Below are positions 10,721 through 22,727 of a DNA stretch of 64,000 bases, one piece after another. A model generated the notes under the pieces. The model worked only from the letters and a program-made list of their open reading frames with translations, did no database searches and was not told where the DNA came from. Numbering within the stretch: the stretch's first letter is position 1; each line of letters starts with the position of its first letter. The position numbers and the translations under genes were made by a program. Source of the stretch: Candidatus Altimarinota bacterium (GTDB lineage: Bacteria > Patescibacteriota > Gracilibacteria > BD1-5 > UBA2023); the NCBI GenBank assembly GCA_043739785.1, contig JAYUDN010000001.1:37392-101391 (forward strand), in the 5' to 3' direction.

Positions 10721-11119
10721 ATGAATAATATCTCTAATATAGGGTATCGATGGAGTTTCTGATGAGATAAAGACCTCGCAGAAATACTTCTTAGACTTGT
10801 CTTATGTGGTATGAAAACGGCTACCACATGACTCTATTTGGAAGATGAGCCCATATGAAAAATAGGGGAGTATGCAGTAGTATATGATGAATTCACGGGA
10901 AAAGATCTTTGCGTGATACAGTATACGAATGTCGAAGTACTGCCATTTCTCAGTGTCCCATATGAGTATATAAAAAAAGAATGAGAGTGAGATACAAGTG
11001 TAGAAAGTTGGAGAGTATCACATAGGGATTTCTATAAAAGAGAGTATTGAGATCAATTCGATGATACCTCACTGGTGTTATGCGAGGAATTCAGACTTGT
11101 AAAAAATTTAATAATTTAA
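10721..11119 (+). CDS. ASCH domain protein
   Basis: WSF(G)(G)D ... GMKTAT ... E(G)E(G)D motifs. Seven in-frame TGAs in 132 codons, including TGAs at 10982 and 10988 inside EGEGD. Confidence 0.8.
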
Positions 11120-11121
11120 CT

Positions 11122-11703
11122 ATGGAACGAGAACTCGTCTTTTCTATCCTGGCTTTTCTGATTACGCTATGGAGCACTATAGTAATGTGGAGGTGAATCT
11201 TTCGTGGGGAAATTATTCCGCACCCTTTTACTTTCTTCATCTGGGTTATCGTTCTATGAATCAGCTCAATGGAATTGATACAAAACCACGAAATTTTCTG
11301 ATCCCTCGGAATTCTACTTATGACAGTGAGTAATATATGAGCTTGCATATTTGGTGTATCTCAGTGGAAATCAATATCAATAAACTGGATGGATTGGTTT
11401 TTTCTTTTTTCTGGCATTTTCCTCATCACTTTCTGGAGACTAGAACCGAACTACGCTTATGTACTTGCAGTGATGCTCGCGATCGATGCCACTGCTTATG
11501 CCTCGAGTTTCAAGAAAACTTGGATACAACCCTTTACCGAGAAATCAGCTCCTTACTTTATCTCTGTCGGAAATAATATTTGTACGATTCTGGCAATCTT
11601 TGTCTGGAATTTCGAGAACCTCGGAATGTGGATATGGACGGCTTGTATCAACCTCATTTTCGCTTGTTTTATCCTCTGGAGGCAATATTATGTGAGGAAA
11701 TAA
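11122..11703 (+). CDS. Integral membrane protein, paralog A
   Basis: 193 aa, multi-TM, four in-frame TGAs. Shares R(G)..(I/L)PHPF(T/S)(F/Y)F(I/V)W and KK.W..P..E motifs with the next gene. Confidence 0.55.
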
Positions 11704-11705
11704 CT

Positions 11706-12305
11706 ATGGAAAAAGAACTTTTTTTTGCACTCATCAGTATATTTTTTTACATTATATGAACGGTTCCCTATTTCCGTGACGTTTTACGATGACGAACTCT
11801 TCCTCATCCATTCTCCTATTTTGTATGGTTTATCCTGACTGGATTTAATACTCTCGTACTTCTCTGGCAAAAGGAATATATCTCCCTCATTCCCGCGTTA
11901 CTCAATACACTATCAAATATTATTTTTACAATGTACGGCATAAAGAGCTTTCGAAAGATTCAGATAAACTATTTCGATTATATTTTTCTTGTCTGAGCAT
12001 TACTGCTCCTTCCTTTTTATTTTTACACACAAAATGTATTTTTGACGGTTATACTGAGTATAGGAATAGATTTTTTAGGTTTTTTATCTACCCTCAAGAA
12101 ATGATGGAATCAACCTTGGAGTGAGACACTTTTTACCTTCCTAGTTATTGGATTGTCTCAACTCCTTATATTATTTACGCAATGAACAGTAATTTTAGAA
12201 TCTTCAGCATTTTGGATATACGTCTTTTTTGTGAATATAATTTTTATTAGCATTGTCGGATTTCGTCGCTATTATCTCAAGGGATGGAAATCTATCTTCG
12301 AATAA
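11706..12305 (+). CDS. Integral membrane protein, paralog B
   Basis: 199 aa, multi-TM. Starts 2 nt after paralog A and has the same motif layout. Confidence 0.55.
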
Positions 12306-12351
12306 TTTTTACCCCATAAATTTTGAATTTGTTTCAGGAAGACACTTAATT

Positions 12352-13485
12352 ATGTCCTACGATCAGTTTGCTACCACATTCTCGAAGAGTCGGAAACACC
12401 ATCCTTGGCCAGAATTGGACGCTATTATTTCCGATATCCAATCCGAGGGATATATGAGGGTGCTTGATGTCGGGTGCGGTAACGGAAGGCTCCTCGAAGA
12501 GTGGTTCAAAAGAAGCGAAGCAAAACAAGGTTTGAATTGAGAACAAGAAAACCCCCCGTCGAAGGGGGGCAGGGGGATACGGGGTTGGTATGCTAACTCG
12601 AATCAAGCTATTCCGTATGATAGAAAACTCCTGGAAAAAGCGAAAGAAAATAGAAAATCTGGAAATCCAGTAGAAAATGCTTTTTGGTTTACTATTCTGA
12701 AATCTGAATCTCTTAAAAAATATAAGTTTACTCGACAGAAGCCACTTCTGACTTATGTAGTTGATTTTTATTGTTCCGAACTCTGATTGATTATCGAGCT
12801 CGATGGGGACTCTCATACTACTCAGATTTTATATGATCAAAAAAGAACCGAGGAACTAGAAAAGTACTGACTTTTTATCCTCAGATTTTCGAATCAAGAT
12901 GTGATGTTGCGGCCAGAGTGAGTATTAGAGAATCTACTTGAATGCATTCGACAGAGAGAAAGTTACCCCCCTCCCCCCCTTGGAAGGGGGGTATCACACC
13001 CATATACTTGAAATTGAAAAGAAGCTTTAGATATTACATATCTCTGAATCGATAATTCAGTCGGGATGATTAATGAAGCTAGAAAATGCCATCCTGGATA
13101 TGATTTCCGAGTTATTGAAATGGCTCAACTTGAAAACTTGAAAACTTGAAAACTTGAAAACTATGACGCTATAGTCTTGTTGGCATCTTTCCATCACCTC
13201 GAAACCGAAGCAGAGCGACTGACCGTATTGTCATCGCTTCGGAAAATGCTTTCACCACACGGACGAATCTATATGACGAACTGGAACCTGCTCGGGCAGC
13301 CTCGATATGAAAAAAGTCACCGAGGAAATGGCGACTTCGATATCAAGATCGGGGAATACATTCGATACTACCATAGTTTCCAGATCGAAGAGCTCCAGAC
13401 ACTTTTCGAAAAATCTGGATTCAGTATTCGAGAACATAGAATATTTGAAGGAGGAAAAAATATTTTCTCTATCGTAGGATTATAG
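12352..13485 (+). CDS. Class I SAM-dependent methyltransferase carrying an in-frame DUF559 endonuclease cassette
   Basis: Motif I VLDVGCGNGRLL lies upstream and LGIDNSVGMINEARK plus LLASFHHL downstream. One uninterrupted code-25 frame covers 377 codons. 12253..12540 and 13177..13485 are in the same frame (924 nt apart). Confidence 0.7.
12541..12995 (+). mobile_element. DUF559 (Vsr-like endonuclease fold) cassette with GC-rich hairpin ends, inserted in frame
   Basis: IPYDRKLLEKAKENRK...AFW..L......YKFTRQKPLLTYVVDFYCSEL(G)LIIELDGDSH...YDQKRTEELEKY(G)LFILRFSNQDV. Flanked by cccccc-gtcgaa-gggggg (12552..12569) and cccccc-ttggaa-gggggg (12974..12991). Confidence 0.7.
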
Positions 13486-14838
13486 ATCCAGAAGCTCACA
13501 CTCTACCTTTTCGATGACGGTATCATCGACCTCCATTACCCGAAGGACGAGTTTGATTTCCGCTCCAGCAAAGACGACTTCCGTTCCCACCATAGGGAAT
13601 TCTTCTTGTTCCGCCATGATGATATACGAAATAGGCTCTCCGATGTAGTCACTGGCGACATTTGCATCTTCGGCTGTGATATTGTACTCTTCGAGGATAT
13701 CGTCGATGAGCATATTCCCGACGGCTTCTATTTTTCCATTGGCGCGTTTTTTGATATAGATTTCTTCCTTATCCTTCTCATCTTTGATATCACCGAATAC
13801 TTCTTCAAGGATATCTTCCATCGTGACGACCCCTGCAGTTCCTCAGTGTTCGTCGAGGACAACGGCGATATGGCGGTGCGACTTCTGGAATTTCTCGAAG
13901 AGATCATCGAGGGGTTGGGTAACCGGCACCTTCATAATCTTCTCGAGATCAAGCGTACTGAGGAGAGATTTCCCATGTCCTTCTCGAGAGAGTTTGAACG
14001 CCTCTCGAAAGGTGATCACATTTTCGACGTCATCACTATTTTCCCCACAGACGGGAAGTCTCGAGTGAGAAGAACTCATGAGGAATTCGCAAGCCTCATC
14101 GATCGTCATATCGAGGTCGAGGAATTCGACATTGACCCGAGGCGTCATAACCGATTCGGCATCAATATCAGAAAGAGCGAGGAGGTTCTTGATCTGGCGT
14201 CGTTCATCCGCTTCGACGGCTCATCCCGTGTGGGACATATCGATAAAGGCATTAAATTCCTCACCACTCACTTTTTTCGAATGCATTTCGAGGGGTTTCC
14301 CTGATATGACGGAAACGAGCTTCATAAGGCCATCGACGAGGAGCGAAATTGGTCGAAAGAGAAAAAAGATACCTCGATAGAGCGGAGCGACGAGGAGAGC
14401 AATGTTCTCAGGAATCGTAATCCCGACGATTTTAGGCCCGATTTCCCCGAGAAAGAGAATTAATAAACTTGAAGCTATTTCCATAAGCGTAATCACCTGT
14501 TCGTGGTCATAGGCAGATTTTTCCGCAAAGTGAATCGCCAGGAAGGTCGCGATCGAAGAGGCTCAGATCGTCGTAAGGGTTGTACCGATGAGGTTGGTTA
14601 CGAGGAGGGCTTCCCCTTTTTTACGGAGGATGGAGAGTGACTTTGCCCCAAATCTTTTTTGTTTGAGAAAAGCCTGTATCTTATATTCACTCACCGAAAG
14701 GAGTGGAAACTCCGTACCTGCAAAAAAAGCAAGGAGACTCAGAAGCAGTAAAAATCAAAGCAGTAAGGGAATCGGATCCACAGGGTGCGAATTAAGGATT
14801 AGGAATGAAGATGGAAGAACTGCGATACGTTCAAGCAT
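13480..14838 (-). CDS. DUF21-CBS-CorC_HlyC family protein (CorC/TlyC-like transporter-associated)
   Basis: 13480.., 13843.. and 14221.. are in frame. VVLDEH(G)GTAGVVTMEDILEEVFGDI, a CBS pair and N-terminal TM helices. The start is ATG 14838, or possibly GTG 14781. Confidence 0.8.
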
Positions 14839-15195
14839 GCTTCATCCCGTAGTTTCAACATGGATTCATTTCTATAGGAGTGAAATGAATCTCTATCTGA
14901 GCCGGATTATATGAATATGTCACAAAAAATCAAAACTATGTCATTCTACTCCTGAGCTGAGGAACCATTCTAAAAAGAGAACAGATAAGCCGAGAAAGTC
15001 GAAAAATCTATCTTTGTTTTAGTCTATCAGATTCTAGGAAGGAAAGCAAGATAATTAGGAAGGATAGAGTAGAACAAGGCTTGATCCTTCCCATGAAACA
15101 AGTTTAGAGTCAGAATGTCAAAGCATTCATCTTATTCAGGTGGGTAGACTATATCGGTAAGTATTTTGGGATTTGGAATATGCGCAAGAAATCAC

Positions 15196-18100
15196 CTATT
15201 TCCCTATGGTGATCGATTTCCCTGCAGTGCGACCGAATACCTCTGGGTGGTAGAATTCTCCGATACGAGAAGGTCGAAGTTCGTAGGTTCAGACATGTGT
15301 GGGTCGGTAAATATACGTGAAGGTATAAATACCCGCATCGAGCCGTGCGACGGTACCGAAGTATCGATCATCCTGCCACTCCTCATGGTCGAAGAGAGGA
15401 TTCATCGTTTTACGAGAAGTGGGTGCACCATCAGAATACATACCATCGCTTGATGGAGTTGTATTTGCGGTCGAAGTATTCACTACATCTTGAGACTCCG
15501 TCTTGAGATTCGGATTCACGAGCTCAGCCCCAGCTGGGATAAATCCTTCAAACGCGACCTGATCACGAGGCTCTGCAGCGATCATACGGTTATACACGAT
15601 GACGAGTTTTCCAACCTTCGGGGAGGTGAGAGGAGTGAGGTAGGTGGTGATATCTTTCGGATATTTGAGTTCAGTAAAGAGGATATCTCCTTTGAGGTAT
15701 TGAGCCCATTCTGTAGCCTTAGCCTTCTCTATAGCCTGATACTCAGCATAGTCATAGGAGGTTGATTCGAGAAAGAATCCTTCATCTCGGGCAGGAATCC
15801 CGCTCGCCTTCAGCGCATAGGTCATGGAAATATCGTAGTAAATCCGACCCGTTCCTGTTTTCTGGAATTGGAACTGTGAGACATCCTGGAGATTCGAAAG
15901 TAAGAATCCAGTGGAGAAGGTTTCGAGTCGATTCGAACCATCGATAGTCTTTTTCTCGAGCAGGTTTCCGTCGAGAGAAAGTGTAGATTCAAGCTTCGTA
16001 TTCCGAATATCCCCAGTTGCTCGTTCCATCGTAGTTATCGATCGGATGACGTCCATCGTATCGAGGGTAGACCCAAAACTTCCGTCTTTTTTCTTCTGAC
16101 TCATAACCCACCGACTCATCTGGTCGAGTACGGTTCGATTTTCGGAGAGGGTATCACCACCCAAGAGGGTCACGAGCTCGACAAAGCTCAGGGTATTGGT
16201 CAGTCGAGAAGAACTATCAGATCGTCCGATAAAGGATCCTCGAGGATTGATAACAACTCCTTCGCTGCTGATTTTTTTGACCGTATCTTTTGCTTGATTG
16301 AGAAGCGATTTTTTATCCTTCTCAGCCACCGCATTGAGTGTGGTCAGCTTCACCAGGAGGTGGGCATGGGCGAGCGAGAAATCGACCCCCCGATCATAGA
16401 CCTCCTGAGTGTTCGTGAGGTACCATCCATTTGCCATATTTTTGGTATCGCTTACAAGGAGTTGGTACATCTTGTAGGCTTCATAGTCATCTGGTGTGGC
16501 ATCGAGGACTCAGGCAATCATCTCGAGCCGCTCAGGGACTGAGTAACCACAGTTGGTGATACAATACGGTCGATTATTCTCATAAAATGTATCCTTGATA
16601 TACTTCGCAGCCTTTGGTAAAACATCTGGTGGAAGCGTGAATCCAACTCGTTTGAGGTCCTGGAGCCGAGATACGACCGTAAGGGTGAGAGGGAGGGATG
16701 ATATTTCAGAGTCTGTCCAGTAACCGAATCCCCCGTCATATCGCTGGTAGGAAGTCACTCCTCCTATCACTTCTTGTATCACATCTTTGAGAGAAACCTC
16801 GGTGTATCAGTCTTCTTTTGAGTTATAGCGCTTCAGCATCTTCGTCGAGAGATCATAGGGGATCCCGATGCTGTCGTAGAGCTCCTTCATATAGACCTGT
16901 GGCATAATAGCGGCGAGTTTCTGCTCGATGCAACCATACGGATAGCTTGCAAGAAAATCCATCCCTGAGAGGAGTCCAGGAAGGAGGGTTCCAGCATAAG
17001 AAATAGCGAGGGATCATCCATTCTCACGGATGGCACGCTCGAGCTCTATGAGTTCAGCTGCTTTGGGGTCGGCTCGACCACTCGTCGCAACCGTTTCACT
17101 GGTTGTTGTCTCGATAATCGGGATTGTCATTTCTATAGTATCTTGATCGCCGGTCGTACGAGAAACGGCTTTGATCGTGATCTTCGAGGCCCAAGTCGAG
17201 AGATTTCGCACTTTTTCGATGGAGTCAACTACGAGTTCAAATGGCACCACGACTTGAGCTCAGGCCTTGATTTCGACTGATTTTTTTGGGCTCTGAATTG
17301 TGACATGGTTAGCCTCGACCGTGATATCAAAGGTGGCATCTTTTTCTGTCTTATTGAATACAACCGGAGCTATTACTACAGTGTCTGCGGTCCCGAGGAA
17401 TCTCGGAAGGTTATCATTGATAAGGACACTTTTCGAAGTCTGGATCTGAGTAGTACCAACACCGAACTGATTCTTTTTGGTATTGATCAAGGCTTCGATC
17501 ACCCACGTCGTGAGGTTATCTGGAAGGACGGGCGTCGTGATAGTGAAATTTCCACTCTGATCCGTCGTGAAGTCCGATTGCCAGAACGCTGTATCCTTGA
17601 ATACTCAACGTTTCTTTTTCGAGAGTCCTCATTTTTGTCCATCACCGGCTCCTCATTTTTCTCCGAGTGATGTATCCTTTACTTCGAGTTTTTCGACGAG
17701 GTTGAGGAGAGAAGTATAGGTGATGACTCCGAGGTACCGCTTCATGTCGTAGAAGTAGGCAAATGGATTCTTGAGTGGATTCCCAGCGAGCGCGAGGAGG
17801 CTCTCATCGACGATCGAGAGACTTCCATTGGCTCATGCGAGTACTTTCCCTGCCGCATCTTTCACATTCACGGTAATCTTCACGGGTTCTCCAGGAAGAT
17901 ATTTTGACTTCGAAGCACTTACGGTTACAGCGAGTTTTTTCGGATCCGGGAGTACTTTGACGACGGCGAGTGCCCGCTTGTAGATCGGGAGTTTTTCTCA
18001 TGGATTCTGCCCAAGAGCAAAGACTTTGACATAGACATTTGGGATATAGGTATCGAGTATCGGGAACTCGATGCGTACGGTCGTGCCGGTGATATCCTGG

Positions 18101-21100
18101 ATATAGGAGTTCAGGATTCCATCATCTTTTTCGATACTGACGAGCATTTTCCCCGACTGAATTGGAGTTTTGAGAGTAAACCCAGCTCGATCTCCGACGG
18201 AGAGGAGAGTGGCATCAGCGGTGAGATCAGCGATCGCATTGTTTCACTCATACCAATACGTCTCATCATTTCCAGAGACATAGATGTACGTACTCGAAGT
18301 GAAGCCGACATGATTTGATCCGGTGTAGGTGGCTTGTATCTCATACTCTCCCCCGGTAGCTGAGAGAAAGGTAGAGCTAAACTCCCCCCGAGCGTCCGAG
18401 GTAGCAGTATCGGTCGATATCACTGTTTCCTCGAGTGCTCATTCGTTGTAGAAGACCCCGTCGACCCCTTCCTTCTTCACATTTTTCCATTCCCGTTTTA
18501 TGAGCGTGAGTCATACAGTTTTTCCAGCGAGTCACTTCGCAGCAGGGTCGAGGACGACTCCACTGAGTTTCACGCCTTTTTTCCCACTGCTCCAGTACGG
18601 AGCCATAATCCCTACGTATCCATCGGTGGCGTGGACGATCTGACTCACGGAGGTATTGACCGTTTTCTTGGTGTCTGGATCGGTCACTTCGAGCGAGTAG
18701 GTATAGATACGCTCACCGGTCGTCGATCCTACATCGTACTCGTGGTGGATGATCGTATTTCCGAGCATATCGAGCGTTCCGGTTCCACTCGATTCCATCA
18801 CATCTTGGTAGTTGCACGAACCCCAATAGAGACAATCCGAATAGGCAGAGCCCTGAGAAAAGGTATAGTTGCTATAGCCCTGAGGATTGAAGTAATAATT
18901 CTGTGATAAAAGCGAATACTGATATTCCGCTCCACCGAGGGCACCACCGAAGTAGTATTCCGCGTGTCCTGGGATATCGACACTATCCCCCACAAAGACA
19001 TCAGACTTTGGCACCTCACTCGATACTTTGAAGACTGGTTTTTTGTAGGCATCGATGAAGAATTCCCCATTATTATAGACAGTGTAGGAGTTCCCATATT
19101 CATCAGGAATATCGAGTTCGAAGGTATATCGTCCGAGTGGGGCGGTCTTTGGGAGGATGAACTCGCCATGGAAGTTCGAATTGGCATCGATGGTGATATC
19201 CATATCGGCAATAGTTACCGGTCCCGATTCACTTCACTCTGCTCAGAGGATCTTGATCTTTCACTTTCGAACTGCTGATGGAGCGAATCCGTCAAAGTGA
19301 AAATTACGGAGGATCCCCTTGAAGTACACCGTGTCAGCGGGCTTATAGAGCGGTCGATCCGGATATATATAGAGGTAGTCACGGTCTGAGGCATCCTGAC
19401 CAGAAATATACTTGAAGTCATAGTTTGAGGTCTGATCTTGGTTTATGTTTAGGACTCCATAATAGGTAGCGTTTTTCGCGACGATAATATCGAGGAGCGC
19501 ACCCGTACTAGTTATTTTGTACACCCTTTTGCCGCTATCGTAGACTATCGGAGGCTTGGCCATGGTGTCATAACTATTTTTTTCAGAACTCCAGCGATAG
19601 GCCGTGAAGGTAAGATCTGATGGTATCGTCTTCCCATCATAACTCGACGCGAAGATGATGCGACTATTATTCCCATCCTCGAGCGTGAGGGAGAGATTCG
19701 ATCGGATAAACGTGTGGTAAAATGACTGTTGAATTTGTGGGTCGGCCCCATCGAGGTATCCATGGATATAGACATAGGGCTCGGTAAATGTTTCTCAGAG
19801 GACTTCTTTCTCGAGGTCTACCTGCGTCGGAGTCACGGTCCAGTATCGATTTTTGAGGGGTATTTTCTTGGATACCTCTTTGATACAACGTGGATTTGGC
19901 GGAGAATTATAAGAATTTGGTAGGTTTTTTTGTCTGAGAAGGTCAATATATCCCGCTTCATCCATCTCACAGACATCGATATTGGTCATATCGGTATTGA
20001 CCGAGAGGAGGCCGAGCACGATCGGTAGTGAAGAAGGGATAACCTCTGTTTGATGTCACTCGGCACTACCGTAGAGGTATCGATCATTCGGTGCAGTCGG
20101 TCCGGTCTTCACGGTAAATGAACCCTTTTTCGAAAGCTCTTGACCGTACTCGTCAGTCAGTGATGGGAGAAAATCTATCCGATAGGAGAGTGATGGATTC
20201 AGCCTTAGATCGACGATATACGCATTTTTTCCGCCTATCTGAGGACAGGTGTAGGTTTTGGTATAGTTTTGTCCAGCGGCATTCCATATGTCGTCACCTC
20301 GGTCATAACGAAGCGTCGGTGCTTTCGAGGCAGGAAGCGTCACTATACTTGACCCCGATCAAAGTCTGGTATCAGGCGTATAGCTATAGTCATAGTATTC
20401 GTCGCGGCCGAGGATCTTATTGTTCGTATAGACACATCCGAGTGTATTCGAGAGAAGGCTCAATCCAGAAACGACCAAAGCGGATGCCGTTCGGAATCCG
20501 TAGGTCTCATCTTGAATGAGGGCGGAATTTGCCTTTTTGGATATGATCACTTCGTAGGCTGTATCCTGTTTGAGCGGGTACTTCGGAGTGATCTTGAGTT
20601 GTTGTTTATTGTCCTCTTCTCAGGTAATATTCCCTTTCGCATCGTACGTACTCATCTTCGCATAGGCTATACTCGACTCGATCGGAGTATGATCTTTCTC
20701 CGTTCGCACCGTGAGAAGCGTGGGGTCAAGTGGGACGACTTGGTCGAAGGAAACGAGGAAAAAGAGCTGCTCACTCGGGAGGAGTCATGCAATCATATCG
20801 TAGCTTCTGGTATCAGTGAGCATCCCCGAACTATCTTTGATATTCTGATAGGCTCCAACAGTTGCATACGCTGAGGTATGCATTGATTTTTGCACCTCTT
20901 GACCGAGGGATTCGGTTCCATATTTGGGATGTAGAGTGGTATGAACGACGAGCGAATAGTCGGTACTATATATAAAAGGGTGGTCTTTCGGTGTGATCGT
21001 AAAATGGGTCTCGCTCGAGCTTCCATCTTCGTTTTTTACTGGAGTAACCATGATCCCTATACGACTGATGGTTCCACTAGCTCCACTATTCCCACCTGAT

Positions 21101-21969
21101 AATTCAATAGCTCCGGACAAGCTCTCAGCGGTTACTGGGAAATTGGTCGAGAGAGGTATCCCTGTATATGGAGAAAATGTATCCGGGATTCGAACCTGAA
21201 GTGCGGTCGTCATGATCTCACTCGTTAGTACCTGAGTCAGTCCATGAAGGAGGCCTGAAATATCTGCCACTTGCATCTGGTATCGTGTGGCTCACTGGAG
21301 CGGTGTCGTCGGGATGAATTCGAGGATACTCGTGTTGGTCCAGACACATCTTCCTTCGATATGAGGAGTGATGGTGAGCGGACAAGGAAGCGTATCTCGC
21401 TTATCGAGATTGGTGAGCGGTACCATCGGCGTATTGAAAACGACGGTGATATTTTGACTCAAGGTATCAAGTGATCCAGTCGGGAATATTTTCACGGCTT
21501 GAGCTCCTGGCGTTGCCACGAATGTCACGGTTTTATCCTTTCCGAGAGGAGTACCATCTGATTTCTGTACGGTCGAAGCGACGGTGAGATCGTAGGTTTC
21601 GCCCGTTTCGAGGGATTTCGAGAGCGTGTATGATATCGTCTTCGCATCAGCACCGACACTAACTTTCCCATCGACGTGAGGGGAAAGGGTGACGGTCTCG
21701 GGAGTGATCGATCCGGGAGTGACGCCCGAGTCGAGGGTCAGCGTCAGGACCTTCGTATTATACGGGATCTTCCCAGTATCCTCAGAAATCTCCTGACTCG
21801 CTCATGTCGGACCTTCCTTCCCTATGCCTCCGAGCGAGGGAAGTGATGGGGCATACATCCACCCTACGACTCCGACCATCCCGAGGAGAACGAGGAGTGA
21901 AATGATTTTCCAGTGGGCTCAGATACTTTCTAGAAATGATTTTTTCGGAGAGGGGGTTGCTTCTGTCAT
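15196..21969 (-). CDS. Alpha-2-macroglobulin family protein, membrane anchored, 2257 aa
   Basis: At least 11 track ORFs (15289.. to 21292..) all share one frame and join through TGAs. N-terminal TM segment WKIISLLVLLGMVGVVGW. Thioester-type motif YPYGCIEQ (CIEQ codons at 16921..16932). FKDTAFW and YQRYDGGFGYW. The C-terminus reads through TGA 15289 to TAG 15196. Confidence 0.8.
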
Positions 21970-22116
21970 AGAAAATAGAGTAAGAGAATAATCCTATTAT
22001 AGAGGTTTCTAAGAAATAGCAAAGGTTCTTACTCGCTATAAACGTGGAATTCTACAGAACGGGAATTGACTTTTTACCAAGATAAATTATTATCCTAATA
22101 ATATATACTTCCTAAA

Positions 22117-22716
22117 ATGAGAAACGAACTTAACAACCTTGTTGCTACACTCAGAGAAACAGCTTCTCATATTGAAGATCGTCTTAAGGCCACAGATCCA
22201 AATATCAACTTAGATATTTCTACTCCTACTCCTGAAACACTTGCAAGTGAAATTCGAGGTCAAGTTTTCAAGGTATTTCGCTTGACTGCAAACCTTCTCG
22301 GAAGATCTTGAGATGCAGCAGTACTCGCAGATACTAAGGCCAAAGTACAACAACTCTTTTTATGAGGTATTGTTAGTTACAAACCAGAACCCGGACGAAA
22401 AAAAGAAAAAACAGGCAATCCAGTGACCTGGGTGGAAGGAGTCCTTACAGAATATTTAGATCCTGATATGACTATCCCAGCTCAGGATGGAATAGTTCCA
22501 GCTTTGAATCCTGTTGTCTATCAGAATCCTTGAACGATTATAATATTGAAGAGATTCTATGAGTCACTACTCTACTGGTACCGTCATCGCTTACTTTTAG
22601 CTAAAATCTGACAAGAAGACATCGTTATACAAAGCACAAACCTGAGTGTAGAAGTACCTGCATACTTGGGGGTCAATCCATACGATACCTTAAATACTAT
22701 TAAAGTTACCTTTTAG
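22117..22716 (+). CDS. Hypothetical protein (199 aa)
   Basis: ATG ORF with four in-frame TGAs; no motif recognised. Confidence 0.4.
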
Positions 22717-22727
22717 GATAATTATTT

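Noticed and set aside
12541-12995. Intein or self-splicing intron explanation for the methyltransferase insert
   Set aside because: I found no intein splice-junction residues (N-terminal Cys/Ser, C-terminal HN plus Cys/Ser/Thr), no LAGLIDADG or HNH blocks, and no group I or II intron structural hallmarks. The insert is a DUF559 fold with hairpin ends.
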